From: Mobula hypostoma
Taxonomy: Eukaryota
Assembly (NCBI RefSeq): GCF_963921235.1
Contig: NC_086108.1
Location: 16,368,001-16,432,000 of the forward strand
Direction: 5' to 3'
DNA length: 64,000 nucleotides
The position numbers were made by a program, and so were the translations under genes. Shown one piece after another: positions 12,101 through 23,417 of the stretch; the stretch's first letter is position 1, and each line of letters opens with the position of its first letter. Below the pieces are notes generated by a model, which saw only the letters and a list, made by a program, of their open reading frames with translations, was not told the DNA's origin and ran no database searches.

Positions 12101-13513
12101 TTTCCAGGTCCACAATCATCTTGGATGGTTTTTAAAGTAGGTATTCATAATGACCTGATTATTCATCTTGCACCATTCTACCCATTTCTCACCTCTTTCA
12201 TTTCTTTCCCCTAGTCCAAATTTCCATCAGCACCTACTTTAGCATTTGGATCTCCCATGACAATACTTGAGACTTACATCCATTCTTTGCTTGTTCACAC
12301 TCTTCATAGAATTTATCTATATCCTTATTTGTTCCTTCTGTTGTTGGTGCATATACCTGTATAATTGCTAAATCAAATGGTTGTCCTCTGAATCTAACAA
12401 GCAGCACTCTTTCTGATGTTGCCCAATGTCCTAAAACACTTTTTGCCATGTTTTCATCCATCATAAGAATTCCTACTCCATTAGTATGGGTTGTTCCCCA
12501 AGAATAAACTAGTGTTTTATTTCTAATCTGACATGCTCCAGCACCTTTCCAATGAACTTCGCTAATTCCCATGATGTTAATCTTTAGTCTTTCCATTTCA
12601 CTTATCACATTGTCCAATCTTCCTGCTTGATATAGGGTTCTTACATTCCAAGTGGCAATAATTTTCTTTTGTGTTACTTGAATTTTATGATCAGTAGCCT
12701 GATGATGGTCGGGGATCCCCTGTTGACCAGAATCAACCCTACCGAGCGAAGCATCTTCAGAATTGTCTTGAAGATCCTCTTGACGCTGTTGTTGTGTGAT
12801 ACATTTTGTGAGTTTGACCATGGTTTTCTTAGCAAATAGCAACAGTGGTTTGCTATTGCCTACCATTGGGCGAACTAAAGAAATCGCCGTTTTCTTCCCA
12901 AATTTCATCCACCTATACAATAGCCATTGATATTTGAGGTCCTAGCTCATCCGCCTTCTCTGTCATAAGTTCTGTTACTGAACCTGCTGGATCTGCCGTT
13001 GGCCTTTGCTCGTATCCTGAGCAGGAACCCTTGCAGGTGCTACCGTTCCACCAGGTCAGAGTGGCCCTGGGAGCAATGAGTGACTAAGGGGTAAACAGAG
13101 CCTCATCACCGGTTGCAGTTTAGATTCATACCCAGGAGATTTGATAGAGGTATATAAAATTATGATGGGTATAGATAGAGTGAATGCAAGCAGGCTTTTT
13201 CCACTGAGGCTAGGGGAGAAAGAAAAACCAGAGGACATGAGTTAAGGGTGAAGGGGGAAAGTTTAATGGGAACATTAAGGAGGGCTTCTTCACACAGAGA
13301 TTGGTAGGAGTGTGGAATGAGCTGCCAGATGAAGTGGTAAATGTGGGCTCACTTTTAACATTTAAGGAAAACTTGGGACAGGTACATGGATGAGAGGTGT
13401 ATGGAGGGATATGGTCCAGGCGCAGGTCAGTGGGACTAGGCAGAAAAATGGTTCCGCACAGCCGAGGAGGGCCAAAAGGCCTGTTTCTGTGCTGTAATGT
13501 TCTACGGTTCTAT
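9182..13513 (+). mobile_element. CR1 LINE B 3' fragment nested in CR1 A (pieces 9182-9864 and 13135-13513)
   Basis: RT end ([14 protein letters not shown]) and TTCTACGGTTCTAT tail. Flanked by GGACTTGG (9174-9181) and GGACGTGG (13514-13521). Confidence 0.85.
9865..13134 (-). mobile_element. RTE-clade LINE (BovB/RTE-like), probably full length, frameshifted
   Basis: APE endonuclease (ATWNVRTL, GISEVHW, IQVYAPT, NQIDFI, SDHNPV), RT (KAAGPD, HRTISLMSH, GVRQG, FRYADD), (TGA)n tail, and an 11-bp TSD GGAGATTTGAT at 9854-9864 and 13135-13145. Confidence 0.92.
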
Positions 13514-14330
13514 GGACGTGGGAGTCCTTGTGCAAGATACCCCAAAGGTTAACCTGCAGGTTGAGTTGGCTGTGAAGAAGGTGAATGCAATGTTGGCATT
13601 CATTTCTAGAGGTATAGAATATAAGAGCTGGGATGTGATGTTGAGGCTCTATAAGGCACTCGTGCGACCACACTTGGAGAGGTGTGTGCAGTTTTGGGCT
13701 TTTTACTTTAGAAAGGATATACTGACATTGGAGAGGGTTCAGAAAAGATTCACGAGAATGATTACAGGAATGAGAGGGTTACCGTATGAGGAACGTCTGG
13801 CAGCTCTTGGGTTGTATTCCCTGGAGTTCAGGAGAATGAGGGGGGATCTCATATAAACATTCCAAATGTTGAAAAGCCTGAACAGATTAGATATGGCAAA
13901 GTTATTTCTCATGGTAGCAGACTCTAGGAAAAGAGGGCACGACTTCAGGATTGAAGGACACCCTTTTAGAACTGAGATGCGGAGAAATTACTTTAGTCAG
14001 AGGGTGGTAAATCTGTGCAATTCATTGCCACGAGCGGCTGTGGAGGCCAAGTCACTGGGTGTATTTAAGGCAGAGATAGATAGGTTCTTGATTTGACAGA
14101 GCATCAAAGGGTATGGGGTGAAAGCACGGGAGTGGGGATGACTGGATGAAGTGGATCAGCCCATGATTGAATGGTGGAGCAGACTCAATGGGCTGAATGG
14201 CCTACTTCTGCTCCTAAATCTTATGGTCTTATATCAGAATAAATGTGGAAATCATATTTGAAAGTTGCCAGGGTGAGGGCATTGGAGAAAACTTTCAGAT
14301 CTATTTCTCCAGTCTACAGCTGGATACATA

Positions 14331-14873
14331 CAGAAGCCCCCCGCTTTACAAAAGTTCGCTTTACGCCACTTTGCTTTTACGAAAGACCTATATTCGTACC
14401 TGTTTTCACTAACCGAAAGACATCCGAAAAAGATTTTCGCTTTTACGAAAAAAGGTGCCCGCTTGAAACTTGTGTTTACCCCGAGAAAGACTATCATGAC
14501 CGTGAAGCCTTGCGCGGGCAGATGTGTGTGCATGCGTGTACGTGCGCATGTGCGTATGTGCTAATTTTTTTCTGCAAATCGGTTTTGGCCAAATCTACCC
14601 GATTCTGATAAGTGAAACTACACTGTACATACATTATTTCTACTTTACATAGGCTGTGTATTTATCATATAATTCCTACTTTTACTATATGTTGGTGTTA
14701 TTTTAGGTTTTATGTGCTATTTGCTATAATTTGGTAGGTTATTTTTTGGGTCTGGGAACTCTCAAAAATTTCTCCCATATAAATTAATGGTAATTGCTTC
14801 TTCACTTTACGCCATTTTGGATTACGAAAGGTTTCATAGGAACGCTCTACTTTCCGATAGCGGGGGAAACCTG
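14331..14873 (+). mobile_element. Non-autonomous Tigger/pogo-type element (MITE)
   Basis: TA|CAGAAGCCCCCCGCTTTAC ... GCGGGGGAAACCTG|TA with imperfect TIRs. The left end matches the Tigger relic terminus at 58771. Confidence 0.75.
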
Positions 14874-15514
14874 TATTAAAACAACTAACCACTGCCTACC
14901 CATTTGAATGACAGCATAGACATTAGAAGAGAAATGCAGTCAACTGGAGAAAATGATATCACAAATCATCAACAATACAAGGTAAGAATAGTTTATATGC
15001 AGTGTTACAATGGATAACCTTCAAAAGTAAATGAAGGCAGTGAAATTTACTGAGACAGCAAGTTCATGAAATAAGGAAGGTGCACCTTGGAATAAAGAAT
15101 TCCTGAAAGATCACCACTTGTTTGGCACCTGCTTGGGAAGATGGTCACAAGTATTGTCACCAGTCTTTTTTTTCCCCTCTACGGGTGGAAGTGGCACAGT
15201 TAGGAATGCCACTACTTTGCAAAGTTCCAGATACTATCTGATTCTCTGTCAACATGATAATTTCCTCCAGATGATTTGAGGCTTCCTTCTTGATTTGCTC
15301 AGGTACCCAAAGTCTTACAGGCTAGTAAGCTATCTGACCACTGTAAATTGCCCTGTGCATTTAAGTAACAGAATCTGGGAGAAATTTATTATATGGAAGC
15401 AATTTACTATTGGAGAAATACTTTGAAAAGTAAAATATACTTGTCTGGTTTTGGTGGATAAAGCATTTCAGTTTGGTCTTAAGAGTAATGCTCACAGAAG
15501 GACCTGATCTTTAC

Positions 15515-15665
15515 CTTTGGTATGAAGGGAACTTCCTGCTTACAACTGTGCTGCTGTGAGAGGAAAGGAAATCATCTTCATATACATCAGCAACTTCAGG
15601 GCTTGCTGCATATATTAGAGGTTGCAGAGTTGGGGATCCTCTATCAGACTGCTCCTCTAAACTTC
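15515..15665 (-). CDS. CEP350: CEP350 coding exon, 151 nt, phase 1->2
   Basis: Acceptor ttttgttgcag|GA AGT, donor CAA AG|gtaaa. Encodes SLEEQSDRGSPTLQPL...VYEDDFLSSHS (CEP350 YEDDFVSS motif). Phases are compatible on both sides. Confidence 0.9.
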
Positions 15666-16312
15666 CTGCAACAAAACAGAGATGGTCAGGAAGTTCACAC
15701 GCAACCCTTTGATGAAAATCTCACAATCACTTCACTCACCTATTTTTCATCACCGTGGCAAGATAGTAGCAGGCAAGCTAAAATTGAACAGATTCTTTGC
15801 TCCCACTTCCCCATTCATCCACTGATAGAACATCCTGTTATATCACAACACCATGTCTCTCCATCAGAATTTGATGCACCACTGCAGAAGAATGTGGGCA
15901 ATAGTCATATCCCACTATAGAGCTCAGATCTAACCTCCCCCCACCAATGCCAATCTGCTTAACAGTGCACAAGACACTCTTCCCACAATCCTCCTGTCAA
16001 CTTCCAGCAACCCTACACCTCATCCACACTGTAGATGCCTTTGCTGATTTCCAACCCAATTAAAAAAAGTGCTAGATGACGTGGAAATACAGGATCCTAT
16101 TCAACTGTGACTCCCATCATAATATATCCTATCTCTATGGAGACACACGAGATCAATGTACATCTGGACTAAGCAGTAGAACACACATTGCATAACAGTG
16201 CAAGTCAGAGAAGGAAAATGAACTGGGGAGTAACATGGATGGGGAAAGAGGGGAAATACGCATTTATTTCTAGCAAAAGGTATAAATGTGCAGGCTCACG
16301 TTAAGTCCTTAC

Positions 16313-17346
16313 CTTTCCCACAGAACTGGTAGCTCTTTGTAAAGATGTTAATTACACTGTAAGGGCTTCCCTTGGCTAGCTCTTCCCAGGGAGCTTTGCC
16401 TTTGTATCCCTCCAATTGCAGCTGGAGAGGCTGGTATTTTTCTGCTTCTTTCTGAAATTCTACCATTGGCTGGGAAGGATTTGACACTTCCGCACAGAAA
16501 TCCTTGTCCTTCAAAGTTTGTGCTAATTTAGTTGGGTCTCTGGAACTTGGTTGACCATCCTCCTCTGAGAGACTTCCTTCACTTAGAAGTGGCCCTTCAC
16601 TGATTGAGCCCCCGCTGGAATTGAGGGATTCAAATTGATTCCTTTCTCGATTAAGCTTTTGTAGGTTTTGTTCCAGGGCCTCAAGGGACCTCTTATAGGT
16701 GCTTTCCCAAGTGACTTCCTGGCATTTTTCAGGACGCTTTGCTGAAAAATTGTCATACTGTGGCAACTCACCAAGCTTTTTACATTCATACAAATTGCCA
16801 ACCCCTGGCAGCTGATCCTCAAAGGTAGTGTGGCCCACATTGGGTCCTTGTATTCTCCAAATTCTGGATGAAGTATTGTCACAGCCACCATCACGAACAG
16901 GTGGGCTGGCCAGCTTGGGCCTGTGCCGGTCATCCCAAGAGGTCTGCAGCACATCGTGCTCAGAGTCCTGCATGTTGCCATAGTTGATGCCAGCGCCTGC
17001 CAGCTTTTTTGCTTCATTCTCAATCCGACTGGAAAGGGAGGCTGCTGTTGCTTTCAGTGCCTCAATGCGGTCCAGTTTACTTTTGTATGGGACTGTGGAC
17101 TTTTGTCCAGCTAATGTGTGATCCAATGGCAAAGAACTGGAGGGTGGGCACTGGAGGGAATGCATGTGTCCTTTTTGTGGAGTATCCTTCCGCTTTGCTG
17201 TTGTTTCAAAATCCCTGGACAACAAACTTCGGGGTTCCAGGTTTAACAGGTGAGAGAAGAGATTAACCCCAGTAGAAGGGTGAGCTGTCTGAGCTATTGG
17301 GTTGACTTGATGAGGAGGTATCCTTGAGGGCTCCAAATGGTCATGT
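16313..17346 (-). CDS. CEP350: CEP350 large coding exon, 1034 nt, phase 2->1
   Basis: Inside ORF 16296-17363. Acceptor tttcttttccag|A CAT, donor AAA G|gtaag. Contains KLDRIEALKATAASLSSRIENEAKKLAGA, SEGPLLSEGSLSEE and PWEELAKGSPYSVINIFTKSYQ, all characteristic of CEP350. Confidence 0.97.
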
Positions 17347-19492
17347 CTGGAAAAGAAATTCACAAGTAAAAGTTATGATACCTGAACAAAGGTCAAGTTT
17401 TAATTGCAAATTTAAGCCACATGATCAAAAAGTCCAGTTGGAGAATTCCGTGCAGTACCATGAAGACTGAGAACTTGGGAATGCAGTTTTGAAGTACAGT
17501 ATCGGGTTAATATTGGAGGTACAACAGCACTGTTTGGAAAAATCATTTCTCAATGATCTGATAAATATTTAGTGTTCAAGGAAAGATAAAGATCGTAATA
17601 CCAGATACACATTTGGAAAGCCAATTCTTGGCCACATTTCTGACATTAGCTTAATGGCTGCATTCAAAAGTACAGTTGAAGATAGAATCCAATTTCATTC
17701 GATCCAACAACATTCGAATTATAGACAAATTCTGCCTGCAGAAACATCTTTAAACCATGTCACTTTTGCGCGTCTAATGTCAACTAAAACCTATTTATTT
17801 GTAATATGGTGCTTTGCACTGGAGTAAATACCAAATTAAAAAAAAAAATTTGTTAGATTGACAAAGCTCTTAGAATCACTCATTTCATGAAGTTAACTTT
17901 CCCCTTGATTAGTTTATCTTGAATAAAGCAAACAATTTTTGATGGGTGATGAAATTTACTGCTCCAAGAACTGTATTCCCTTGTATTTTGCAACTTTAAC
18001 CCATAACCCACTATGAGCTTTTCTTTCACTATTAATCCAACTGTAATAAGCATCCTCAGAGGGGTCCATAACCACAGAGGTAATTTCCATTCACCAATAG
18101 GTGGACCACAATTGACTACAGCATGACAATTCATCCAGTCACATTAGCTTCACTCAGATGTTTTGTTAATTCATTTCTTGCCCTCTTATTCACTCCTATG
18201 CAATGTTGTCCCTGATGATCAATTGCTTCTCCAATACGATAGTCCCATCAGATGAACAGCTATAAATTCTTGTTTTAGTTGCACATCATAAGAACAAATG
18301 ATTCATAGGAAGGGATAGGCATTCTCAGTTCCTTGAGCTTGTTTCATCATTTAATAACATCACTCCTCCTCTAAAAAATATTGAAAACTCTCACATTCGA
18401 AGAGTGGCAGAAACAAGAGTTTCAAAGAATAATCAAGTCTAGGTTCACCCATGAGAGTAAACATCACCTCTGGATCCACTATGTTAATTCCCCTCAATAT
18501 CTTAATTTTCAATTGATTCCCCACTCATTCTTTATTCTCCAGCTGATGCAATTTTAGCCTGTCTTTTCCTTACAAGTCATCCACCCATTTTAGGTACTGA
18601 TCTTGTAAACCTTCTTGGAACTGTTTCCAATAAATGGACATCCTCCCTTGCTACAGACTTCACTATAAATGTGGTCTCATCAATGTTCCACATAACAAAT
18701 AATAAATGTAGCAAATCAACCGCTAATCCATCAACTGGATCGGTGAAGTATAGCTCAGGATAAAATGTGGCACTGCTAGGATGGACATAATAGTTTTGGC
18801 TATATAGAACAACTGCCCTAAACAACAATCCTAAAACCCTCCACTAGGTCCATCCTACAGAGATGTCTCCTAACTTTAACCACAAATCACTTCTTCTACC
18901 AATCTACCAGTGATCCTGCCCATTTATTAATTTTGTAAAGCAAAGACCTTTATTCTTAGCTATCAACAACATCTTACACGTGCATGCTACTTGTGCCAGC
19001 TTCCTTCATGCAAAACACAGCCTGCACTTCTCCAGTATTCCTTTTTCCTGGAATGCAATGCTACATTGAGCTGTGAAGATAAATCCATTACATTTGCCAA
19101 CTCTGATCAATCTCTTACACCTGGGTAGCAGATGCCATGTCCCAACCTGAACTTTTGCCACTGCACAGCTACAAACTAAAGCTCACTTCTTTGCAACTCC
19201 ATGAAATTATTTAGCCTTGTCACAAACTAATGATTTCGAACCAAGCAAGGTTCAGGATGTTGGTTAAACAAGTCAATTTAGCTATGCAGAGTCCTACACT
19301 TAATTCAATAGCTTGCATCATTCTTAACACACCATTCTAACGTTCTTTCATGTAACAGCTTAATTTCATACATGGTCATACTACCAAAATGTTCTTACGG
19401 GTTGTGCACCAACTCAGCCCTAAATAATTTCTGTGGGAGAGTCTCCTTTCGGCAGCCCATGGAGTAAGACGTGCGTTGGCGCTACTCTTTCC

Positions 19493-21330
19493 TGGCAGAT
19501 GGAGTTCAACCCTGATAAGTATGAGGTGGTTCATTTTGGTAGGTCAAATGTGATGGCAGAATATACAGCGGCATGCAAAGGTTTGGGCACCCTGGCCAAA
19601 ATTTCTGTTACTGTGAATAGTTAAGTGAGTAGAAGATGAACTGATCTCCAAAAGTCATAAAGTTAAAGATGAAACATTCTTTTCAACATTTTAAGCAAGA
19701 TTAGTGTATTATTTTTGTTTTGTACAATGTTAGAGTGAAAAAAAGGAAAGGAGCACCACGCAAAAGTTTGGGCACCCCCAAGAGATTTGAGCTCTCAGAT
19801 AACTTTTACCAAGGTCTCAGACCTTAATTAGCTTGTTAGGGCTATGGCTGGTTTACAGTCATTGCTAGGAAAGGCCAGGTGATCCAAATTTCAAAGCTTT
19901 ATAAGTACCCTGACTTCTCAAACCTTGTCCCAACAATCAGCAGCCATGGGCTCCTCTAAGCAGCTGCCTTGCACTCTGAAAATTAAAATAAATGATACCC
20001 ACAAAGCAGGAAGAGGCTATAAGAAGATAGCAAAGAGTTTTCAGGTAGCCATTGCATCAGTTCATAATGTAATTAAGAAATGGCAGTTAACAGGAACGGT
20101 GGAGGTCAAGTTGAGGTCTGGAAGACCAAGAAAACTTTCCGAGAAAGCTGCTCGTAGGATTGCTAGAAAGGCAAATCAAAACCCCCGTTTGACTGCAAAA
20201 GACCTTTAGGAAGATTTAGCAGACTCTGGAGTGGTGGTGCGCTATTCTACTGTGCAGCAACACTTGCACAAATATGACCTTCATGGAAGAGTCACCAGAA
20301 GAAAACCTTTCCTGCATCCTCACCATAAAATTCAGCGTCAGAAGTTTGCAAAGGAACATCTAAATAAGCCTGATGCATTTTGGAAACAAGTCCTGTGGAC
20401 TGATGAAGTTAAAATAGAAGTTTTTGGCCGCAATGAGCAAAGGTATGTTTGAAGAAAAAAGGGTGCAGAATTTCATGAAAAGAACACCTCTCCAACTGTT
20501 AAGTATGGGGGTGGATTGATCATGCTTTGGGCTTGTGTTGCAGCCAGTGGCACGGGGAACAACTCACTGGTAGAGGGAAGAATGAATTCAATTAAATACC
20601 AGCAAATTCTGGAAGCAAACATCACACCGTCTGTAAAAAAAAAGCTGAAGATGAAAGAGGATGGCTTCTACAATAGGATAATGACCCTAAACACACTCAA
20701 AATCCACAATGGACTACCTCAAGAGGGGCAAGCTGAAGATTTTGTCATGGCCCTCACAGTTCCCTGACCTAAACATCATCAAAAATCTGTGGATAGACCT
20801 CAAAAGAGCAGTGCATGCAAGACGGCCCAAGAATCTCACAGAACTAGAAGCCTTTTGCAAGGAAGAATGGGCAAAAATCCCCCAGACGAGAATTGAAAGA
20901 CTATTAGCTGGCTACAGAAACCGTTTACAAGCTGTGATACTTGCCAAAGGGGGTATTACTAAGTACTGACCATGCAGGGTCCCATGCAAACTTTTGCTTC
21001 GGGCCCTTTTCCTTTTTTGTTATTTTGAAACTGCAAAAGATGGAAATTAAAAAGTAATCTTGCTTAAAATATTAAAGAAATGTGTTATTTTTAAACTTCA
21101 TGCCTTTTGGAAATTAGGTCATCTCTTACTCGTTTAGCTATTCACAGTATCAGAAATTTTGATCGGGGTGCCCAAACCTTAGCATACCACTGTAGTATTA
21201 ATGGCAAGACTCTTGGCAGTGTGGAGGATCAGAGGGATCTTGAGGTCTGAGTCCATAGGATACTCAAAACTGCTTGCAGTTTGACCCTGTGGGTAAGAAG
21301 GCATATGGTGCATTGGCTTTCATCAACCGC
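19493..21330 (+). mobile_element. Short CR1 fragment split by a Tc1 insertion
   Basis: WQMEFNPDKYEVVHFGRSN...GCAGAATA|TA..TA|GTATTAATGG is contiguous in the CR1 copy at 32281. Confidence 0.8.
19566..21192 (+). mobile_element. Full-length Tc1-family DNA transposon (IR/DR type), transposase pseudogene about 19947-20969
   Basis: TA|CAGCGGCATGCAAAGGTTTGGGCACCC ... GGGTGCCCAAACCTTAGCATACCACTG|TA, with long TIRs and internal direct repeats. Transposase motifs GRPRKLS, VLWTDE and WPSQFPDLNIIKNLW, with stops and frameshifts. Confidence 0.93.
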
Positions 21331-21671
21331 GGCAGCTTCATAGCTTAAAGGTTACTGGAGAGAGTGTTTCTGCCGAGAGTGCTTGCGTGAGATTTTCACT
21401 ACAGAGAACAGTGCGGCAATGATTGTAGAGAAGTATTTCTACTTTATATAGGCTGTGTATTTAGCATATCATTCCTGCTTTTACTATATGTTACTGTTAT
21501 TTTAGGTTTATGTGTTATTTACCATGATTTGGTAGGTTATTTTTGGGTCTGCAAACGCTCACAAATTTTTCCCCTATAAATAAATGGTAATTTGCTTCTT
21601 CGCTTTACGACATTCCAGCTTACGAACCATTTCGTGGGAACTCTCTACCTTCGGATGGCGGGGAAAACCTG
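21331..21671 (+). mobile_element. Tigger-type MITE right-end fragment
   Basis: Homologous to 14630-14873. Ends GGCGGGGAAAACCTG|TA. Confidence 0.7.
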
Positions 21672-22454
21672 TATACACAATCCAGCCTGATATTCCACTA
21701 TCAAACACTGGAGGGCAGCACCAATGGGAGAGAGCAGCCCCCAATCGAGCACAAATGCTGTGCTACACCGCCTCCGGTGTCTCCTCTCTTGGACTGCTGC
21801 AGCAGGCAAGTCCAGGGCTTTGCTACAACCATGGCCACACAGCTCCCACGCCACCTACCAAACAGGCCTGCAACATCTCACATTATCAATGTCCAACAGG
21901 GTCTTGTAAGGGAAACGCCCAAGGCAATCACCCACGGTTACATTACACACCAACTCTGATGCCTTTCTGTAGCAAGCAGCAACATGGTCTACACTCAGTC
22001 CAGCACCTCTGCCAATGAGCAGCTCACTGATGGGGGTAGACCTGCAGTTCTTTGAGTCCAGCATAGTCTTGCAATGGAAAAAAATAAGTTAACAATGCCC
22101 CCGAGAGACCGCACTGTCTATATACCACCATCTTATTGGAACTCAAGACATTATGCCAGTGGCAGAGAACAGGCACACAAATTAATGGGAAAGAGGCATT
22201 TGTTTAGCATTATTGATTTGTAGATTAAAGGGGCTAAAAATTTAAAGAATCGAAAATATTTGGAGAACATTTGAACATCAAGGGTATGAGTGGCGAATAT
22301 TGAATAAGAGTTCCTCATCTTAATTCTTCCTTCCATGAAAGGTTATGCACAATATAACTGTGGATGAATAGATTAAATCTGATTAAAAGAAGCACTGTTT
22401 GAAATTTACGTATTTATTTACAAATGTGAAAACTTATCAGTTATTTTTCCAGAA

Positions 22455-22582
22455 GGGCCGGAATCTGAGGTGAAGATCCAGCGACTCTTCCATCACCATG
22501 ACAACGGTAGATGCCACGCTTTTTAGTAGGCGAGTTCTCTCTGGATCCATTTCCGGCTCTTGGACTACTGGACCAATCAGAT
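22455..22582 (-). promoter_or_regulatory. Candidate intronic promoter/enhancer: NF-Y CCAAT box, ETS sites and RFX X-box
   Basis: GACCAATCAG (22571-22580), ATTTCCGG (22549-22556), CCGGAA (22458-22463) and ATCACCATGACAAC (22492-22505, fits X-box RTHNYYWTRRNRAC). Six CpGs in about 110 bp of apparently non-repeat sequence. Confidence 0.5.
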
Positions 22583-22626
22583 GAGGAGGTTGTTTGAAAT
22601 TTGCTCACAGGCAAACTGAGTCTTAC

Positions 22627-22748
22627 CTGCCTGGAGGCTGATGAGATTCAGACAGAGACATGTCACTGCTCGATGAGGCACTAAGAGGGCGATCCTGCCC
22701 CTTGTTCTCTTTGTCAGATTCTCCAGAAGGCTGATAGATGACTTTTGG
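22627..22748 (-). CDS. CEP350: CEP350 coding exon, 122 nt, phase 0->2
   Basis: Acceptor tttttttttcag|CCA, donor GGC AG|gtaag. Encodes PKVIYQPSGESDKENKGQDRPLSASSSSDMSLSESHQPPG (CEP350 YQPSGESDKENK...SASSSSDMSLSE). Confidence 0.95.
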
Positions 22749-23417
22749 CTGAAAAAAAAAGTGAACAGAAAACTATTACAGAGACCCAATAATATTGGGG
22801 AGGAAAATCATATGTTAATAGCATGTGACTTAATATGTTGCAAAGAGAATTTCACACTCAACCTACTTGGCCATCCATCACCAAATTTTGTTGGTTCACA
22901 TCAAAAGGACCTTGTGAATGATCTATGAATGTGATTTAGTAGAACTGAGACTGCCCAGACTGCTAACTCAGACACTATCCTTCAAGATCTACCCACCCAT
23001 TTTAAATTAGAACATTAAAGTGCTCCATACCAATCCTAAACCCTGATCTTTAGTTTATTTAGAGCTTTAAATTAATTTGGTGACACATCTCCTGCTCACA
23101 ATGAAAACTGTAAACTTACACCAAGTGTTTCCTCTTCCCCACAAAGTTCTTGTATGTATAGTTTGCATCCTAAATCTTAGAAGGAAGGAGCGTCAGAGCC
23201 AGTGTGGTGCAGCATCCTGGCTGGAGCTGGGCACCTCCTCCTTCTCAGTGTTCACTCGGCAGTCGAGTTTTTAACTCTTCTCTTGCGTGATTGTAATACC
23301 ATTGTGTTTGCTATCATGTGTGTGTTCTGTGCTGTGTGTGACTGTTGGTACTGTATTTTGCACCTTGACCACAGAGTAACATTGTTTGATTTGGCTGTAT
23401 TCATGAGTATTCATGTA

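Larger units (their letters stand above)
7640..14233 (+). mobile_element. CR1 LINE A (pieces 7640-9181 and 13514-14233), interrupted by nested insertions
   Basis: ORF2 fragments (KSPGPHG, NYRPVSLTS, YLDFQKAF, GVPRGSVLGP) resume at 13514 (GVLVQDT...VRPHLE) and end in a TCTTATGGTCTTAT tail. Confidence 0.9.

Noticed and set aside
21690..22065. GC-richer block with overlapping ORFs and a CTCF-like ACACTGGAGGGCAGCA
   Set aside because: No recognisable protein or splice-compatible exon, and the motif match is partial. It is probably an unclassified repeat, which cannot be resolved without a search.
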